A program made the translations under genes and the position numbers. From Haliotis rubra (lineage: Eukaryota), in NCBI RefSeq assembly GCF_003918875.1, contig NW_025767447.1, positions 186,001-250,000 of the forward strand: a DNA stretch of 64,000 bases, read 5' to 3'. Positions 1-12,471 of the stretch are shown one piece after another; the first letter of the stretch is position 1, and each line of letters begins with the position of its first letter. The notes under the pieces were generated by a model that ran no database searches, had not been told where the DNA came from, and worked only from the letters and a program-made list of their open reading frames with translations.

Positions 1-1083
1 GTTCTCTACCAGGTATACAGCTACACGGATGTTCTCTACCACGTATACAGCTACAGGGATGATCTCTACCACGTGTACAGCTACAGGGATGTTCTCTACC
101 ACGTGTACAGCTACATGGATGTTCTCTACCACGTATACAGCTACAGGGATGATCTCTACCACGTGTACAGCTACTGGAATGCTCTCTACCACGTGTACAC
201 ATACAGGGATGCTCTGCACCACGTATACAGCTACTGGGATGATCTCTACCATGTATACAGCTACATGGATGTTCTCTACCACGTCTTCACATACAGGGAT
301 GATCTCTACCACGTGTACAGCTACTGGGATGCTCTCTAGCACGTGTATAGCTACAGGGATGCTCTCTACCACGTATACAGCTATATGGATGCTCTCTACG
401 ACGTATACAGCTACAGGGATGTTCTCTACCACGTATACAGCTACAGGGATGCTCTCTACTACGTATACAGCTACAGGGATGCTCTCTACCACGTGTACAG
501 TTACAGGGATGCTCTCTAGCACGTGTACAGATACATGGATGTTCTCTACCACGTGTTCAGGTACAGGGATGATCTCTACCACGTATACAGCTACAGGCAT
601 GATCTCTACCACTTGTACACATACAGGGATGCTCTCTACCACGTGTACAGCTACAGGGATGATCTCTACCACGTGTACAGCTACAGGGATGCTCTCCAGC
701 ACGTGTACAGATACATGGATGATCTCTTCCACGTGTTCACATACAGGGATGCTCTCTACCACGTATACAGATACAGGGATAGTGTCTACCACGTGTACAG
801 ATACAGGGATGCTCTCTACCACGTGTACAGATACCGGGATGCTCTCTACCACGCATTCACATAAAGGGATGCTCTCTACCACGTGTACAGCTACAGGGAT
901 GCTCTCTACCACGTGTACACATACAGGGATGCTCTCTACCACGTATACAGCTACAAGGATGGTCTCTACCTCGTGTATAGCTACAAGGATGCTCTCTACC
1001 ACGTATACAGATACAGGGATGCTCTCTAGAACGTGTACAGATACAGGGATGCTCTCTAACACGTGTACAGATACAGGGATGAT
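1..1083. repeat. 30-bp minisatellite, about 36 copies (truncated by window edge)
   Basis: unit gctctctaccacgtgtacagctacagggat. Confidence 0.97.
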
Positions 1084-1092
1084 GTAACATAC

Positions 1093-1212
1093 TGCGGGAG
1101 AGTTCTCCACCACGGCTGCCCTGTAGACGTCAAACAGGAAGAAGGGCGGCGTGTCCTGTACGTCCTGTACAAGGACCTCCAGTGTTGTAGTGTCGTTCAG
1201 CCCATCCTGGTC
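1093..1212 (-). CDS. Gene B exon 7
   Basis: DQDGLNDTTTLEVLVQDVQDTPPFFLFDVYRAAVVENSPA. Confidence 0.9.
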
Positions 1213-4200
1213 CTGTAACATGGATGTCATCAGGAACACTACCTTCTTACTACATTCATACACCTCGTGTCCTGGTCCTACAACATGGATGTCATCAGGA
1301 ACACTACCTTCTTACTACATTCATACACCTCGTGTCCTGGTTCTACAACATGGATGTCATCAGGAACACTACCTTCTTACTACATTCATACACCTCGTGT
1401 CCTGGTCCTACAACATGGATGTCATCAGGAACACTACCTTCTTACTACATTCATACACCTCGTGTCCTGGTCCTACAACATGGATGTCATCAGGAACACT
1501 ACCTTCTTACTACATTCATACACCCTCGTGTCCTGGTTCTACAACAAGGATGTCATCAGGAACACTACCTTCTTACTACATTCATACACCTCGTGTCCTG
1601 GTTCTACAACATGGATGTCATCAGGAACACTACCTTCTTTACTACATTCATACACCTCGTGTTCCTGGTCCTACAACATGGATGTCATCAGGAACACTAC
1701 CTTCTTAGTACATTCATACACCTCGTGTCCTGGTCCTACAACATGGATGTCATCAGGAACACTACCTTCTTACTACATTCATACACTCGTGTCCTGGTCC
1801 TACAACATGGATGTCATCAGGAACACAACCTTCTTACTACATTCATACACCTCGTGTCCTGGTCCTACAACATGGATGTCATCAGGAACACTACCTTCTT
1901 ACTACATTCATACACCTCGTGTCCTGGTCCTACAACATGGATGTCATCAGGAACACTACCTTCTTACTACATTCATACACCTCGTGTCCTGGTCCTACAA
2001 CATGGATGTCATCAGGAACACTTCCTTCTTACTATATTCATACACCTCGTGTCCTGGTCCTACAACATGGATGTCATCACGAACACTACCTTCTTACTAC
2101 ATTCATACACCTCGTGTCCTGGTCCTACAACATGGATGTCATCACGAACACTACCTTCTTACTACATTCAAACATCTCGTGTCCTGATCCTACAACATGG
2201 ATGTCATCAGGAACACTACCTTCTTACTACATTCAAACATCTCGTTAACTCTATTCACTGAACGACATGAGTGGAATATGTATTTATGAAATGATCTACA
2301 CTGATATAATACTGTAAGGTGATGTGTGTGGGGTGACTTGATGGTGAGGTGAGGTGTTTGGGTGGTGTGTGTGAAATAAGAAGAAGTGACCAATTTTTGT
2401 TGTATCTCCTAAATGCCAGCCGCTAGGCAGAGCAGCAATTATCATGCGTCTTTAAACGGCCGGCCAGTGGTTGAGACGTTGTATTTCTGTGTTCCAGGAA
2501 GGTCATCAATTAGATTCTAGGCTTGTGTAGACTACGATTACCACATCGATTAAACCGATGCATGTTTGTAGCCCCTGGAGACCTGTTTACGTTCAATTGC
2601 TCTAAATTTACAATCCACTTGTCTTGAACTACGAATTACCGAGTATTAGCGATTGTTCAAGATAATCGGTAAGTAGTGCGCGTGCTGCCTGGGTGCATGC
2701 CTGCGTGCGTGGCTGCGTGCGTGCGTGCGCGTGTGTGTGTTGTGTGTTGTGTGTTGTGTGTGTACACAGAGTAAAGAGAACCGGGACTTCGAGGGGATTC
2801 TGACTGCAACCTACCGAGGCAGCTATGGTTACGGTGTAGGCGTTCCTCTTCTCATAGTCCAGACTTTGCACCAGGAAGATGTCGGCAGTGAACTCGCCAG
2901 TTTTGTTGACACCAAATATGCCATCAGTAACACTATCTGGGACCTGCAAATGTTGGCAATACTACAGTAACTTCTATAAGAGCCAAATTTGTAACATGTA
3001 CAAATGAGACATGAGAAACCTTTGACGCCTCTCAAATTTCATCTTCTACGATTTAGTTTATAATATTTCCATTCTGTTTAGATAATTACCCTGGACCCAT
3101 TAGTTAGTCTAATTTCGTTGTGACGTCACACCCTCTGTGACAGTTATACACTTGTAAATAATGGCGCATGCGTTAAATCTTAAAACAACATTGTCGTGAT
3201 TATAAAGGAGTGTCAGTTGGAAGAGCTTTCTGTATTGAGCAGATGGAAGCTTAGAACTACAGATTGGAGTAACTTGCGGACACTTGTTGGACACTGACTA
3301 GCGATAACAGGTGGGAATCACGAATCAAAACCGCCCTGCCCTCCCGGCGTGGATGCCTCGATCCACTGTAAGTATGTACCAACACTCCAGGGTATGTGTG
3401 GGGACAGCTAGAGGTGTTGGAGGGATCTATATACATCAAACAGTAGTTGTAATGTGACAGTACCAGTGTGAAGTCTACTGTTGGGCCCATGTCGGGGTCG
3501 GGGGCGCTGACACCCGAGAAGATCACCTCGCCAACGTCCACGTTCTGGAAGTAGAGCGGTCAGTCAGTAGAGGCAGCTCGCATTACCATGTGTCATAGAA
3601 AACATGGCAGCTAGTAAATGCGTTATGGTATAAACATGCTGAGAGATATATGTCGAGGTTGTTGTCAACCATAACGTCAACTCAAATGCAAACGGTAATC
3701 TCCCTGACACTGGCAGGTTGGTTGTAGATTTCCCACTTCAGACACTAAAAATGTTATTACTGTTGGAAAAATGAAAACGTTGCAAGAGGGGCGGTGGGGT
3801 AGCCTAGTGTTTAAAGCGTTCGCTCGTCACGCAGAAGGCCCGGGTTCGATTCCGTCACATGGGTACAATGAATGTTATGTAATTGGTATCTTAACTAAAC
3901 TCTTTAACAAGATTTTTCTATCAGGAACATTTCCGGCTGAATGGGGAAAGAGCATCATATGTCCAATGTTCAAATCCGGCAGCAAAGACGATCCTGGGAA
4001 CTACAGAGGTATTTCCTTTATAAACACTGTTTGTAAAGTTTTTACATCAGTAATAAATACAAGACTTCAAACCTGGTGTGATGAAAAACAGGTTATTGAT
4101 GAAACCCAGGCTGGGTTCAGACCCGGCTACTCGACCGTAGATAATATCTTTACGCTGCATGCAATGGCACAGAAGTACCTTAGAAGTAACTTTAGTAAAG

Positions 4201-7200
4201 CGTTCGATTGTATCAACCATGATATTCTACTGGAGAAGTTGAGAAGTGTTGGACTTCAAGGGAATTTTCATTACAACAGAAATACCAGATATATATGCTC
4301 TGCTCTTTGCCGACGATGTGTCATCTGTTGCCGACTCGACTGTACAATCACAACGAAAGATTACTGTTTTAGAAGAATTCTGTGACAAAACTGGGATGAA
4401 AATTAATTTGAATAAAACCAATATAATAGTTTTTAGAAACGGCGGACCCCTTCGATATTACGAGAAATGGCATTTTAAAGGCGAACAAATTGGAACGGTG
4501 AACCAGTACAGATATCTAGGAATTGTGTTTTCGCCGAAGCCGTCTTGGAGTAAGGCTCAAACTAGCATTGCTGCACAAGCACGAAAGGCTATTTTGGCTA
4601 CATACCAATATCAAAGGAAGTTCGGTGATTTGCCTACAGTGATATGTTTAAGCTGTATGAGAGTATGGTGGTTCCAATATTGTGTTATGGTGCTGAGATG
4701 TGGGGAACGTCATTCAGTAAAATCACAGAAACCGTTCACACTTCATTCTGTAAGCGTTTTCTGGGTCTATCCAAGGCAACCCCCGCGAATATGGTACTCG
4801 GAGAGTGTGGGAAAATCCATCTCTAGAGTGTGTATATGACCAGAGACATCGTTTACTGGTGACATGCCATTCATCTTCATCCATCAAGACTACCACACCA
4901 AGCTTGCCTAATACTTAAATCAGCCTCAGATGCAGGGAGAAAAACTTGGGCTACAGACATAAAATCAATTCTATACAAACTTGGCTTCGGAATAGTCTGG
5001 ATTCAGCAGGAAATACTGACATCTTAAACAACGATTAAACGATACTTTAACTCAAGACTGGCACTCCTCCTTGTATTCAAGCAATAAGTGTTCAACCTAC
5101 CGATGTGTCAAATCTATGCTAAACGTTGAAGCATATCTGACACTTGACCTGCCCCTTCCACTACGCAGAATATTAGGTAAATTCCGATGTTCCAACTTTA
5201 AAATAGAAATCGAACTAGTAGGCCGACATAACAATATTCCGTGGGAAGAAGGATTATGCAAGAGATGCAAGAAAAATAACATTCATATCATCGAAGACGA
5301 GCTCCATGTGCTATTAAAGTGCCCATCCTACAGTGAAGTAAGGTAGACACATCTAAAACCATTCTATTTACAACATCCAACTATGAACATACTGAAAGCT
5401 CTACTATAATCAACAGGAGAAGCTTCTTTGCAGAATTTGTGTTATTTTCTTCCAAAAAATCAGAATTAAAGCATGCTGTATATCTGTTTCGTGTGTATAA
5501 ATGTATATTTGGCCAATGGCCTTATACTGAAATAAATCTGTCTGCCTGTCTGTCTGTCTGTCTGACATGGGTACAATATGTGATGCCCATGTCTGACGTT
5601 CCCCCTCCGTGATGCTGCTGGAATATTACTAAAAGCGGCGTAAAAATCCAACTCACTCACGTTGTAAGAATGAACCTCAAACCCATGTATTTTATACCAA
5701 AATAAGCATGAAAACTCTCAACGGATAAATCACTTATCGCCTCATGTTGAAACATTTGATGTGAAAAGATTCTTGTGAGATTCTCCACGTAACAGAATGT
5801 GATTATAGTAACACGGGACTGCATATTACCTAGATGTGATTATAGTAACACGGGACTGCATATTACCTGTGATTATAGTAACACGGGACTGCATATTACC
5901 TAGATGTGATTATAGTAACACGGGACTGCATATTACCTAGATGTGATTATAGTAACACGGGACTGCATATTACCTAGATGTGATTATAGTAACACGGGAC
6001 TGCATATTACCTAGATGTGATTATAGTAACACGGGACTGCATATTACCTAGATGTGATTATAGTAACACGGGACTGCATATTACCTAGATGTGATTATAG
6101 TAACACGGGACTGCATATTACCTAGATGTGATTATAGTAACACGGGACTGCATATTACCTAGATGTGATTATAGTAACACGGGACTGCATATTACCTAGA
6201 TGTGATTATGGTAACACGGGACTGCATATTACCTAGATGTAATTATAGTAACACGGGACTGCATATTACCTAGATGTTATTAGACACTGACCTCAAGGGG
6301 TTCACATCTGTACGGCTTGTTGACGAAACTTGGCGGGTTATCGTTGACGTCAGTGATGCGTAACAGGGTAGATATTGTTACCTGAAATACCCCCACAACA
6401 GTGAGTACCAGCACAACACTCAGTGTGGGGACACATCGTTCTAGCTGTAACGGTGAATGACGTTATAATGAGCGCTTTCGACGGAAAATGTTATCATCAT
6501 TTGCGGCAATGCCAATGAATATTACTGATGAAATACACCCTTAGTGATGATAAACATATCGCCAAACACGTATTATTTCCTATCAACGTGTTGCAGTCAC
6601 GACAGAAGGGTTAATAGTCAAACGTTACCGCATCAAAGCCAGGGCTGTCTGCGCTGAAGAAAATCCTCCGTTCATATGGTTCCTGAAAACAGACACATGT
6701 TTGTTGTTCATGTACAAGCAGTTCTGATGTATGTCCAGCGCTATTTTATCTCTCTCTCTCATGCACATTTAAATATTGATCTATTTAGTCACTTAGCAGT
6801 GTGGGGTTTATTGGAGTTTATTTCATCTGGAACACCTCTTCGTATGCTTTGTTCACACAGAAGGCTTTCATCATGAAGACTCACGAAATCTCTGTCGAGT
6901 TCTGATGCGAGGGTGGCCTTAGCGTAGTAGGTGACGTTGTCACTTGAAACGGTTTCCGAAACGTTGACCAACATCGCAGTGTCGTCGCTAGCGGTCAGTA
7001 TGGTGATGTCGTTACCCTCGGCTGTCAGATTCAGCAGCAGTGTACCTGGAAGTGCACGTGTCACGCTGTGTTCATAGTTCCATAGCTGTGTCAGAAAGGC
7101 TGAATGTTTCCAGAATGATCACGGGAAAGTGAGTTTGGGCATTACAGTATTCCACCAATAGACTCTGGTACCATTTCATTAATATGGGGTGCAGCTTGTA

Positions 7201-8082
7201 CGGTATGATATATGTACACTGTACGCAGGTTACAAGGATCACGTTTGTAATGGCGTAATCTGTTTAAGTGTGGCTAACCGTGTTATTAGTTGATCTAAAT
7301 GTGTTGTCATTGTCCAAATCACTTACCAGTCGGCGTGTCTTCACTAAGTTATTAGTTGATCTAAATATGTTGTCATTGTCCAAATCACTTACCAATCGGC
7401 GTGTCTTCACTAAGTTATTAGTTGATCTAAATATGTTGTCATTGTCCAAATCACTTACCAATCGGCGTGTCTTCACTAAGTTATTAGTTGATCTAAATAT
7501 GTTGTCATTGTCCAAATCACTTACCAATCGGCGTGTCTTCACTAAGTTATTAGTTGATCTAAATATGTTGTCATTGTCCAAATCACTAAATAACCAATCG
7601 GCGTGTCTTCACTAAGTTATTAGTTGATCTAAATAAATGTTGTCGTGTCTTCATTAAGTTATTGTTGTCCAAATCACTTACCAATCGGCGTGTCTTCATT
7701 TAGTTATTAGTTGATCTAAATATGTTGTCATTGTCCAAATCACTAACCAATTTACCAATCGGCGTGTCTTCACTCAAGTTATTAGTTGATCTAAATATGT
7801 TGTCATTGTCCAAATCAACTGGCGTGTCTTAACTAAGTTATTAGTTGATCTAAATATGTTGTCATTGTCCAAATCACTTACCAATCGGCGTGTCTTCACT
7901 AAGTTATTAGTTGATCTAAATATGTTGTCATTGTCCAAATCACTTACCAATCGGCGTGTCTTCACTAAGTTATTAGTTGATCTAAATATGTTGTCATTGT
8001 CCAAATCACTTACCAATCGGCGTGTCTTCACTTAGAATGACTACTGGCGGTACATACCCCCACACTGGTATCGCTGCCTGTC
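1093..8082 (-). CDS. Gene B: paralogous cadherin, N-terminal part (EC1, EC2, start of EC3); continues beyond position 1
   Basis: Seven phase-compatible GT-AG exons with SEDTPIG, LDRD, DVNDNPPSF, DPD, LDYE, DVQDTPPFF, VENSP motifs; intron positions match gene A exons 1-7. Confidence 0.88.
1205..2245. repeat. 65-bp minisatellite, about 16 copies, contains splice-acceptor copy
   Basis: unit cctcgtgtcctggtcctacaacatggatgtcatcaggaacactaccttcttactacattcataca. Confidence 0.97.
2815..2943 (-). CDS. Gene B exon 6
   Basis: VPDSVTDGIFGVNKTGEFTADIFLVQSLDYEKRNAYTVTIAAS, 129 nt like gene A exon 6. Confidence 0.9.
3464..3544 (-). CDS. Gene B exon 5
   Basis: NVDVGEVIFSGVSAPDPDMGPTVDFTL. Confidence 0.85.
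3787..3869 (+). mobile_element. tRNA-derived SINE family 1, 5' half (split by LINE)
   Basis: ggggcggtggggtagcctagtg A-box..ggttcgattcc B-box, same as the intact copy at 8987. Confidence 0.88.
3870..5564 (+). mobile_element. 5'-truncated, degenerate LINE (RT + C-terminal CxxC..HxxxxC; CR1/L2/Crack-like group)
   Basis: NYRGIS, QAGFRPG, FSKAFD, LFADD motifs; CKRC..EDELHVLLKC; frameshifts and internal deletions; aataaa + (tctg)n tail; 13-bp TSD acatgggtacaat. Confidence 0.92.
5565..5660 (+). mobile_element. SINE family 1, 3' half
   Basis: catgggtacaat..gctggaatatt..aaaagcggcgtaaaa..actcactcac. Confidence 0.88.
5796..6280. repeat. 37-bp minisatellite, about 13 copies
   Basis: unit tgtgattatagtaacacgggactgcatattacctaga. 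Confidence 0.97.
6292..6381 (-). CDS. Gene B exon 4
   Basis: VTISTLLRITDVNDNPPSFVNKPYRCEPLE, 90 nt like gene A exon 4. Confidence 0.9.
6629..6682 (-). CDS. Gene B exon 3
   Basis: ttttcag|EPYERRIFFSADSPGFDA|gtaacg, phase 0-0. Confidence 0.72.
6885..7045 (-). CDS. Gene B exon 2
   Basis: GTLLLNLTAEGND..AKATLASELDRDF, phase 1-0. Confidence 0.85.
7275..8033. repeat. 66-bp minisatellite, about 11 copies, contains exon end + splice donor
   Basis: - strand unit AGTGAAGACACGCCGATTG|GTAAGTGATTTGGACAATGACAACATATTTAGATCAACTAATAACTT. Confidence 0.97.
8014..8082 (-). CDS. Gene B exon 1 (first found)
   Basis: tttcag|QAAIPVWGYVPPVVILSEDTPIG|gtaagt, phase 1-1. Confidence 0.82.
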
Positions 8083-8986
8083 CTGAAATGAGTAATATCC
8101 GACATATAGGATATACACGGCCTGGCCCATTACCAACAATACAAACCTGTGTAGTCATCTATCTCAATAAGTTGTTATTTGGGGTCATTCTCAAGTTATT
8201 TGGAGTCTAAAACATATTGGGAGTCAACTGTACCGTTACCTCCAACTTTGCACAGGAAGAACAGGGCATGGGGTTCTTGGGAGGCATTTAGAAGTTGGTG
8301 TTCAAGTAAATATATGGATGACAACTTCTTCTTTATTGTGTGTCACAACGTTTCTGGGCTATTCCTTGCCCCTTCGCCAGGTGAATTGTAACAACAAGAT
8401 ACATCAATGGGTATATATACTAAATGTACAAGAAGTCAGTGTTGCATGTATATACTATAAAAATTGGATAAGAAAAGGAGATGAAAGAGTGAGATTTACA
8501 GATAAAAGGTATTGTTTATACAAGGGAAGGGTTTATACTAGTGATTAGCAGACAAGGACATCGTTGGCTGGTTTGCGGACACGTGTGTCGGCATCGTAAT
8601 CTAGTACAGTAAGTTCATCGTTTTGAATATAAGTTATTATTTTGATACCGTCTTCGCCGTTTTCAACTGCATTACTTATATTTTCATGAATTTAGACACC
8701 GCTGTACTTACATACTTCAAGTCGTGCGAGGTTCGACACAACTGTGAAATAGTGACGACTAACTAAGGAATACACAGATCTTAAGTGTTTACTTCGAGAC
8801 AATCGCAACACAACCTTGTTCGATTGTATGTATGTATTTATGTGTATGGACGTGCGTGCTCGCGTGTGTGTGTATTACAGCGAAATCCGGATTAACAAAC
8901 ATTGCTTTGTAATATATAGTTTCGAATGTAACCACAGTAGTTTCCGGGTTGATGTGTTCGATATAACAGGGTTTCTCTATATGTAG

Positions 8987-9150
8987 AGGGGCGGTGGGGT
9001 AACTTAGTGGTTAAAGCGTTCGTTCGTCACGCCGAAGTCCCGGGTTCGATTCCCCACATGGGTACAATGTGTGAAGCCCATTTCTGGTGTCCCCCGCGGT
9101 GATATTCCTGGAATATTGCTAAAAGCGGCGAAAAACCAACTCACTCACTC
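8987..9150 (+). mobile_element. SINE family 1, full length
   Basis: Pol III A/B boxes, shared body, (actc)n tail. Confidence 0.9.
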
Positions 9151-9871
9151 GTTACATGTAGAAGTAAGGCAAGGTGTGATCCACCAAACAAGTGAAAACT
9201 ACATGCTGTCCACCCTCTCACATTTAGCAATAATTAGTTTATAAGAAACGTAAGTGATATTATGTACATCAATGAACCTAAATATGCGTCTAATCTAGTA
9301 CTGCTACCTATTCTTCAACTATATATATTCGCCCTTACGCAGAACTCCCGCCTCATTTATCCGACAGATTTACAAGCACATACATCTAATAACCTATGGA
9401 GAAATAGCAGCTGAAGGCGTTTCAATCTAAACCCACATGAAGGAACAGAAAGACAAACCATGACTGTGTTTTGTGAAACTTGAGAACTATTGTATTTTGC
9501 TTCATATGTGCCCCGGTTTGTTTACAGCAAGCACTTACCTGGCTAATATGGTCATAAATCTCTGATGTCTCCACACACAGGATATGTTCCCTGAGTGTGT
9601 TATCAGTATTGAGCTAGAGCTCTAACGTTCGTGACCCCTCTTGGAATTCCGTAATAGGCGATTGATACGCTGTCACTACGATACTCTGCAACAGCCACAA
9701 CGGCCGTTTGAGGTCTGCTCACGTTTTCTGTATGTGAAGCAGTGGCATTGTCTCGCGCTGTGGCCGATATATATAGCAGGGGGAACACCAGCATACATCA
9801 CTAGCATCACCAACATTGAACATCACCAGAAACATCAACATCACTAGCAAAATTATACATTATCACCAGGG

Positions 9872-10037
9872 CTGACTGACTGAGTTTGGTTTTACGCCGC
9901 TTTTAGCAATATTCTAGCAACATCACGGCGGGGGACACCAGAAATGGGCTTCACATATTGTACCCATGTGGGGATTCGAACCCGGATCTTCGGCCTGACG
10001 AGCCAACGCTTTAACCACTAGGCTACCCCACCGCCCC
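9872..10037 (-). mobile_element. SINE family 1
   Basis: near reverse complement of the 8987 copy. Confidence 0.9.
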
Positions 10038-10091
10038 TTGGCACCAGGAACACCAACATACAACATCAGTAGGAACATCACTATACATTAT

Positions 10092-10452
10092 CACCAGGAA
10101 CACCAACATACACTATACAGCTTCAGTATACAACACCAGGAACACCAACATACACTATACAGCTTCAGTATACAACACCAGGAACACCAACATACACTAT
10201 ACAGCTTCAGTATACAACACCAGGAACACCAACATACACTATACAGCTTCAGTATACAACACCAGGAACACTATACAGCTTCAGTATACATACACTATAC
10301 AGCTTCAGTATACAACACCAGGAACACCAACATACACTATACAGCTTCAGTATACAACACCAGGAACACCAACATACACTATACAGCTTCAGTATACAAC
10401 ACCAGGAACACCAACATACACTATACAGCTTCAGTATACAACACCAGGAACA
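10092..10452. repeat. 42-bp minisatellite, about 8 copies
   Basis: unit caccaggaacaccaacatacactatacagcttcagtatacaa. Confidence 0.95.
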
Positions 10453-10643
10453 CACACGCGGAACATACATACTGTGGCCAAACAATGCGTATCACCTATA
10501 TGGAGTGCAGTGGCAGAAGAGTACACCACAGAGAAATCATTTATTACCACATCCAACCACATCCTTCTATACGAATTGCCGTACTGATTAACCTACGTGT
10601 GTGCGTGCGTGTGTGTGTAAGAAAGAGAGGGGTGAGGGGGTCG

Positions 10644-10789
10644 TGAATTTGGTTTTACACCGCTTTTAACAATATCACGGCGGGGGTCACCTGAAATGGG
10701 TTTCACACATTCATCCCATTTGGGAAATCGAACCCGGAGCTTCGGCATGACGAGCGAATGCTTTAACCACTAGGCTACCCCACTGCCCC
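10644..10789 (-). mobile_element. SINE family 1
   Basis: same consensus with a small internal deletion. Confidence 0.85.
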
Positions 10790-11166
10790 GAACACCCGAG
10801 AAACTTGAGATACTGACTTCGATATCTACATTCAAAGCCTTACTTCCCGTGTTTGTCGGTGTATATATGTATTTTTAACCCTACACCAGACGTATGTTTC
10901 AACCACAGGAAAATGTCCATACCTCAACCATGGTCTGTGTTTACCTATACCTCGATGTTATTGATTATGTCTGATAAGTTAAGTGTCTCACTTCAATACC
11001 ATTCCTCCAATGTACGTGCAACGTCCCTAAATCTGCCACTATGTATCGCTCGGGTACGTTGCAAGTGCATACCATCTCTAATCTGTGTTAGTCAGACATG
11101 GGTACTTCAATCTACGTCTGGGTATAGACTTGAGTTAAACTATAACAGTTTCGGGTTTGCTTTTGG

Positions 11167-11349
11167 GAGTGAGCGAATGAGTGAGTTTAGTTATACGTCG
11201 GTTTTAGCAATATTCCGGCAATATCACGGCGGAGAAAATGGGCTTCACACATTCCACCCGTTTGGGACATTACATACACATGTGGGGATCCGGGTGTTCG
11301 GCGTTGTGACGAGCGAACGCTTTAACAACTAGACTACCCCACCGCCCCT
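11167..11349 (-). mobile_element. SINE family 1
   Basis: (gagt)n tail..cgctttaacaactagactaccccaccgcccc. Confidence 0.85.
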
Positions 11350-12224
11350 TGCTTACTGAGTGCAGTTCAATATTTTACTCCAATTTGTCACAATGCACAG
11401 GTTACAGATAGTATCAACTTATATAGATTACAGTATATGTATGAATATTTGTTGAAGGATGCGCATATGAGATATCTATTGAGGCAAACACATAAAATAT
11501 CTTCCAGGGCACTGGATAAAACATGCATGTAGGGTATCTTCTAGAATATAGAACATATACATATAGTGTACATATAGATTTTCTGTTAAGACATGGAGTT
11601 TACGTGTACACATGAAACATCTGTTAAGGCATTGGATATACTGGTACCTATCAAATATCTGTTGAAACATTGAATATACGTGTACTAGGGATATATCTGA
11701 ACTAAGTACCATTACACCGGTCGTGAACATTCTTAACTTCCATTACGAGTAAACCAGGACGGACATTGTCAGTGATCAGGGCGAGGTTACTGCCTACTCA
11801 ACACAGAACGTATATCACCTCTACTGACGGGCATGCGTCAACATGTGCCCACGTCATGGAGGTGGGGCGATATGCACCAGACGGATATCATCGAGGGTTT
11901 TGAAATATTGACAGTAATAAATGAGATATATAAAGTCATATTCTCAAACAACATTCCAAGGTTGTCTTGCTGATCAATATCTGAAGATCTTGATTAACAC
12001 AGACGAGTAATATGTATGACATACTGTTTAGAGTCGAAATATGGCTGACTTATTGTCCATGCGGAGTCACGTTTAACTCCACAGTCAGACACCTACTATG
12101 TTAATATTACACTGTTGGGGTCTTGTTATAGAAACAAAGAGAGGTGACCTGACACTCTAGCAATGAACTATTGACAGGTAAATTCCTATCACCCCATAAT
12201 GCAGATGACTTGTGACTCAACACA

Positions 12225-12388
12225 AGCGTTTGTGTGTCTGTCTGTATGTGTGTGTGTTTGTGTCTGTGTAGTTGTGCGAGTATGTGTCTGCGTGCGTGCG
12301 TGCGTGTGTGTGCGCGCGCGTGTGTTGTGCCAGCATGTGTGTATGTTAGGGGCAGGGGGGAGAGATGTGGTGCGGCTGACAGCGTATC

Positions 12389-12471
<83 letters not shown>

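Noticed and set aside
29-2261. Long + strand ORFs (352, 345, 306 aa), mucin-like or repetitive
   Set aside because: Translations of 30-bp and 65-bp minisatellites lying in introns of the - strand cadherin gene.
5796-6280. CRISPR-like 37-bp repeats
   Set aside because: Head-to-tail copies with no unique spacers, no cas genes, eukaryotic context.
8987-9060. tRNA genes
   Set aside because: A/B boxes continue into a shared non-tRNA body and microsatellite tail in many copies, so these are SINE heads.
9539-9794. Signal-peptide exon of gene B (donor at about 9538; ORF MLVFPLLY..)
   Set aside because: The phase-1 frame into the donor has stops and the ORF ends before the donor; at most a non-coding exon.
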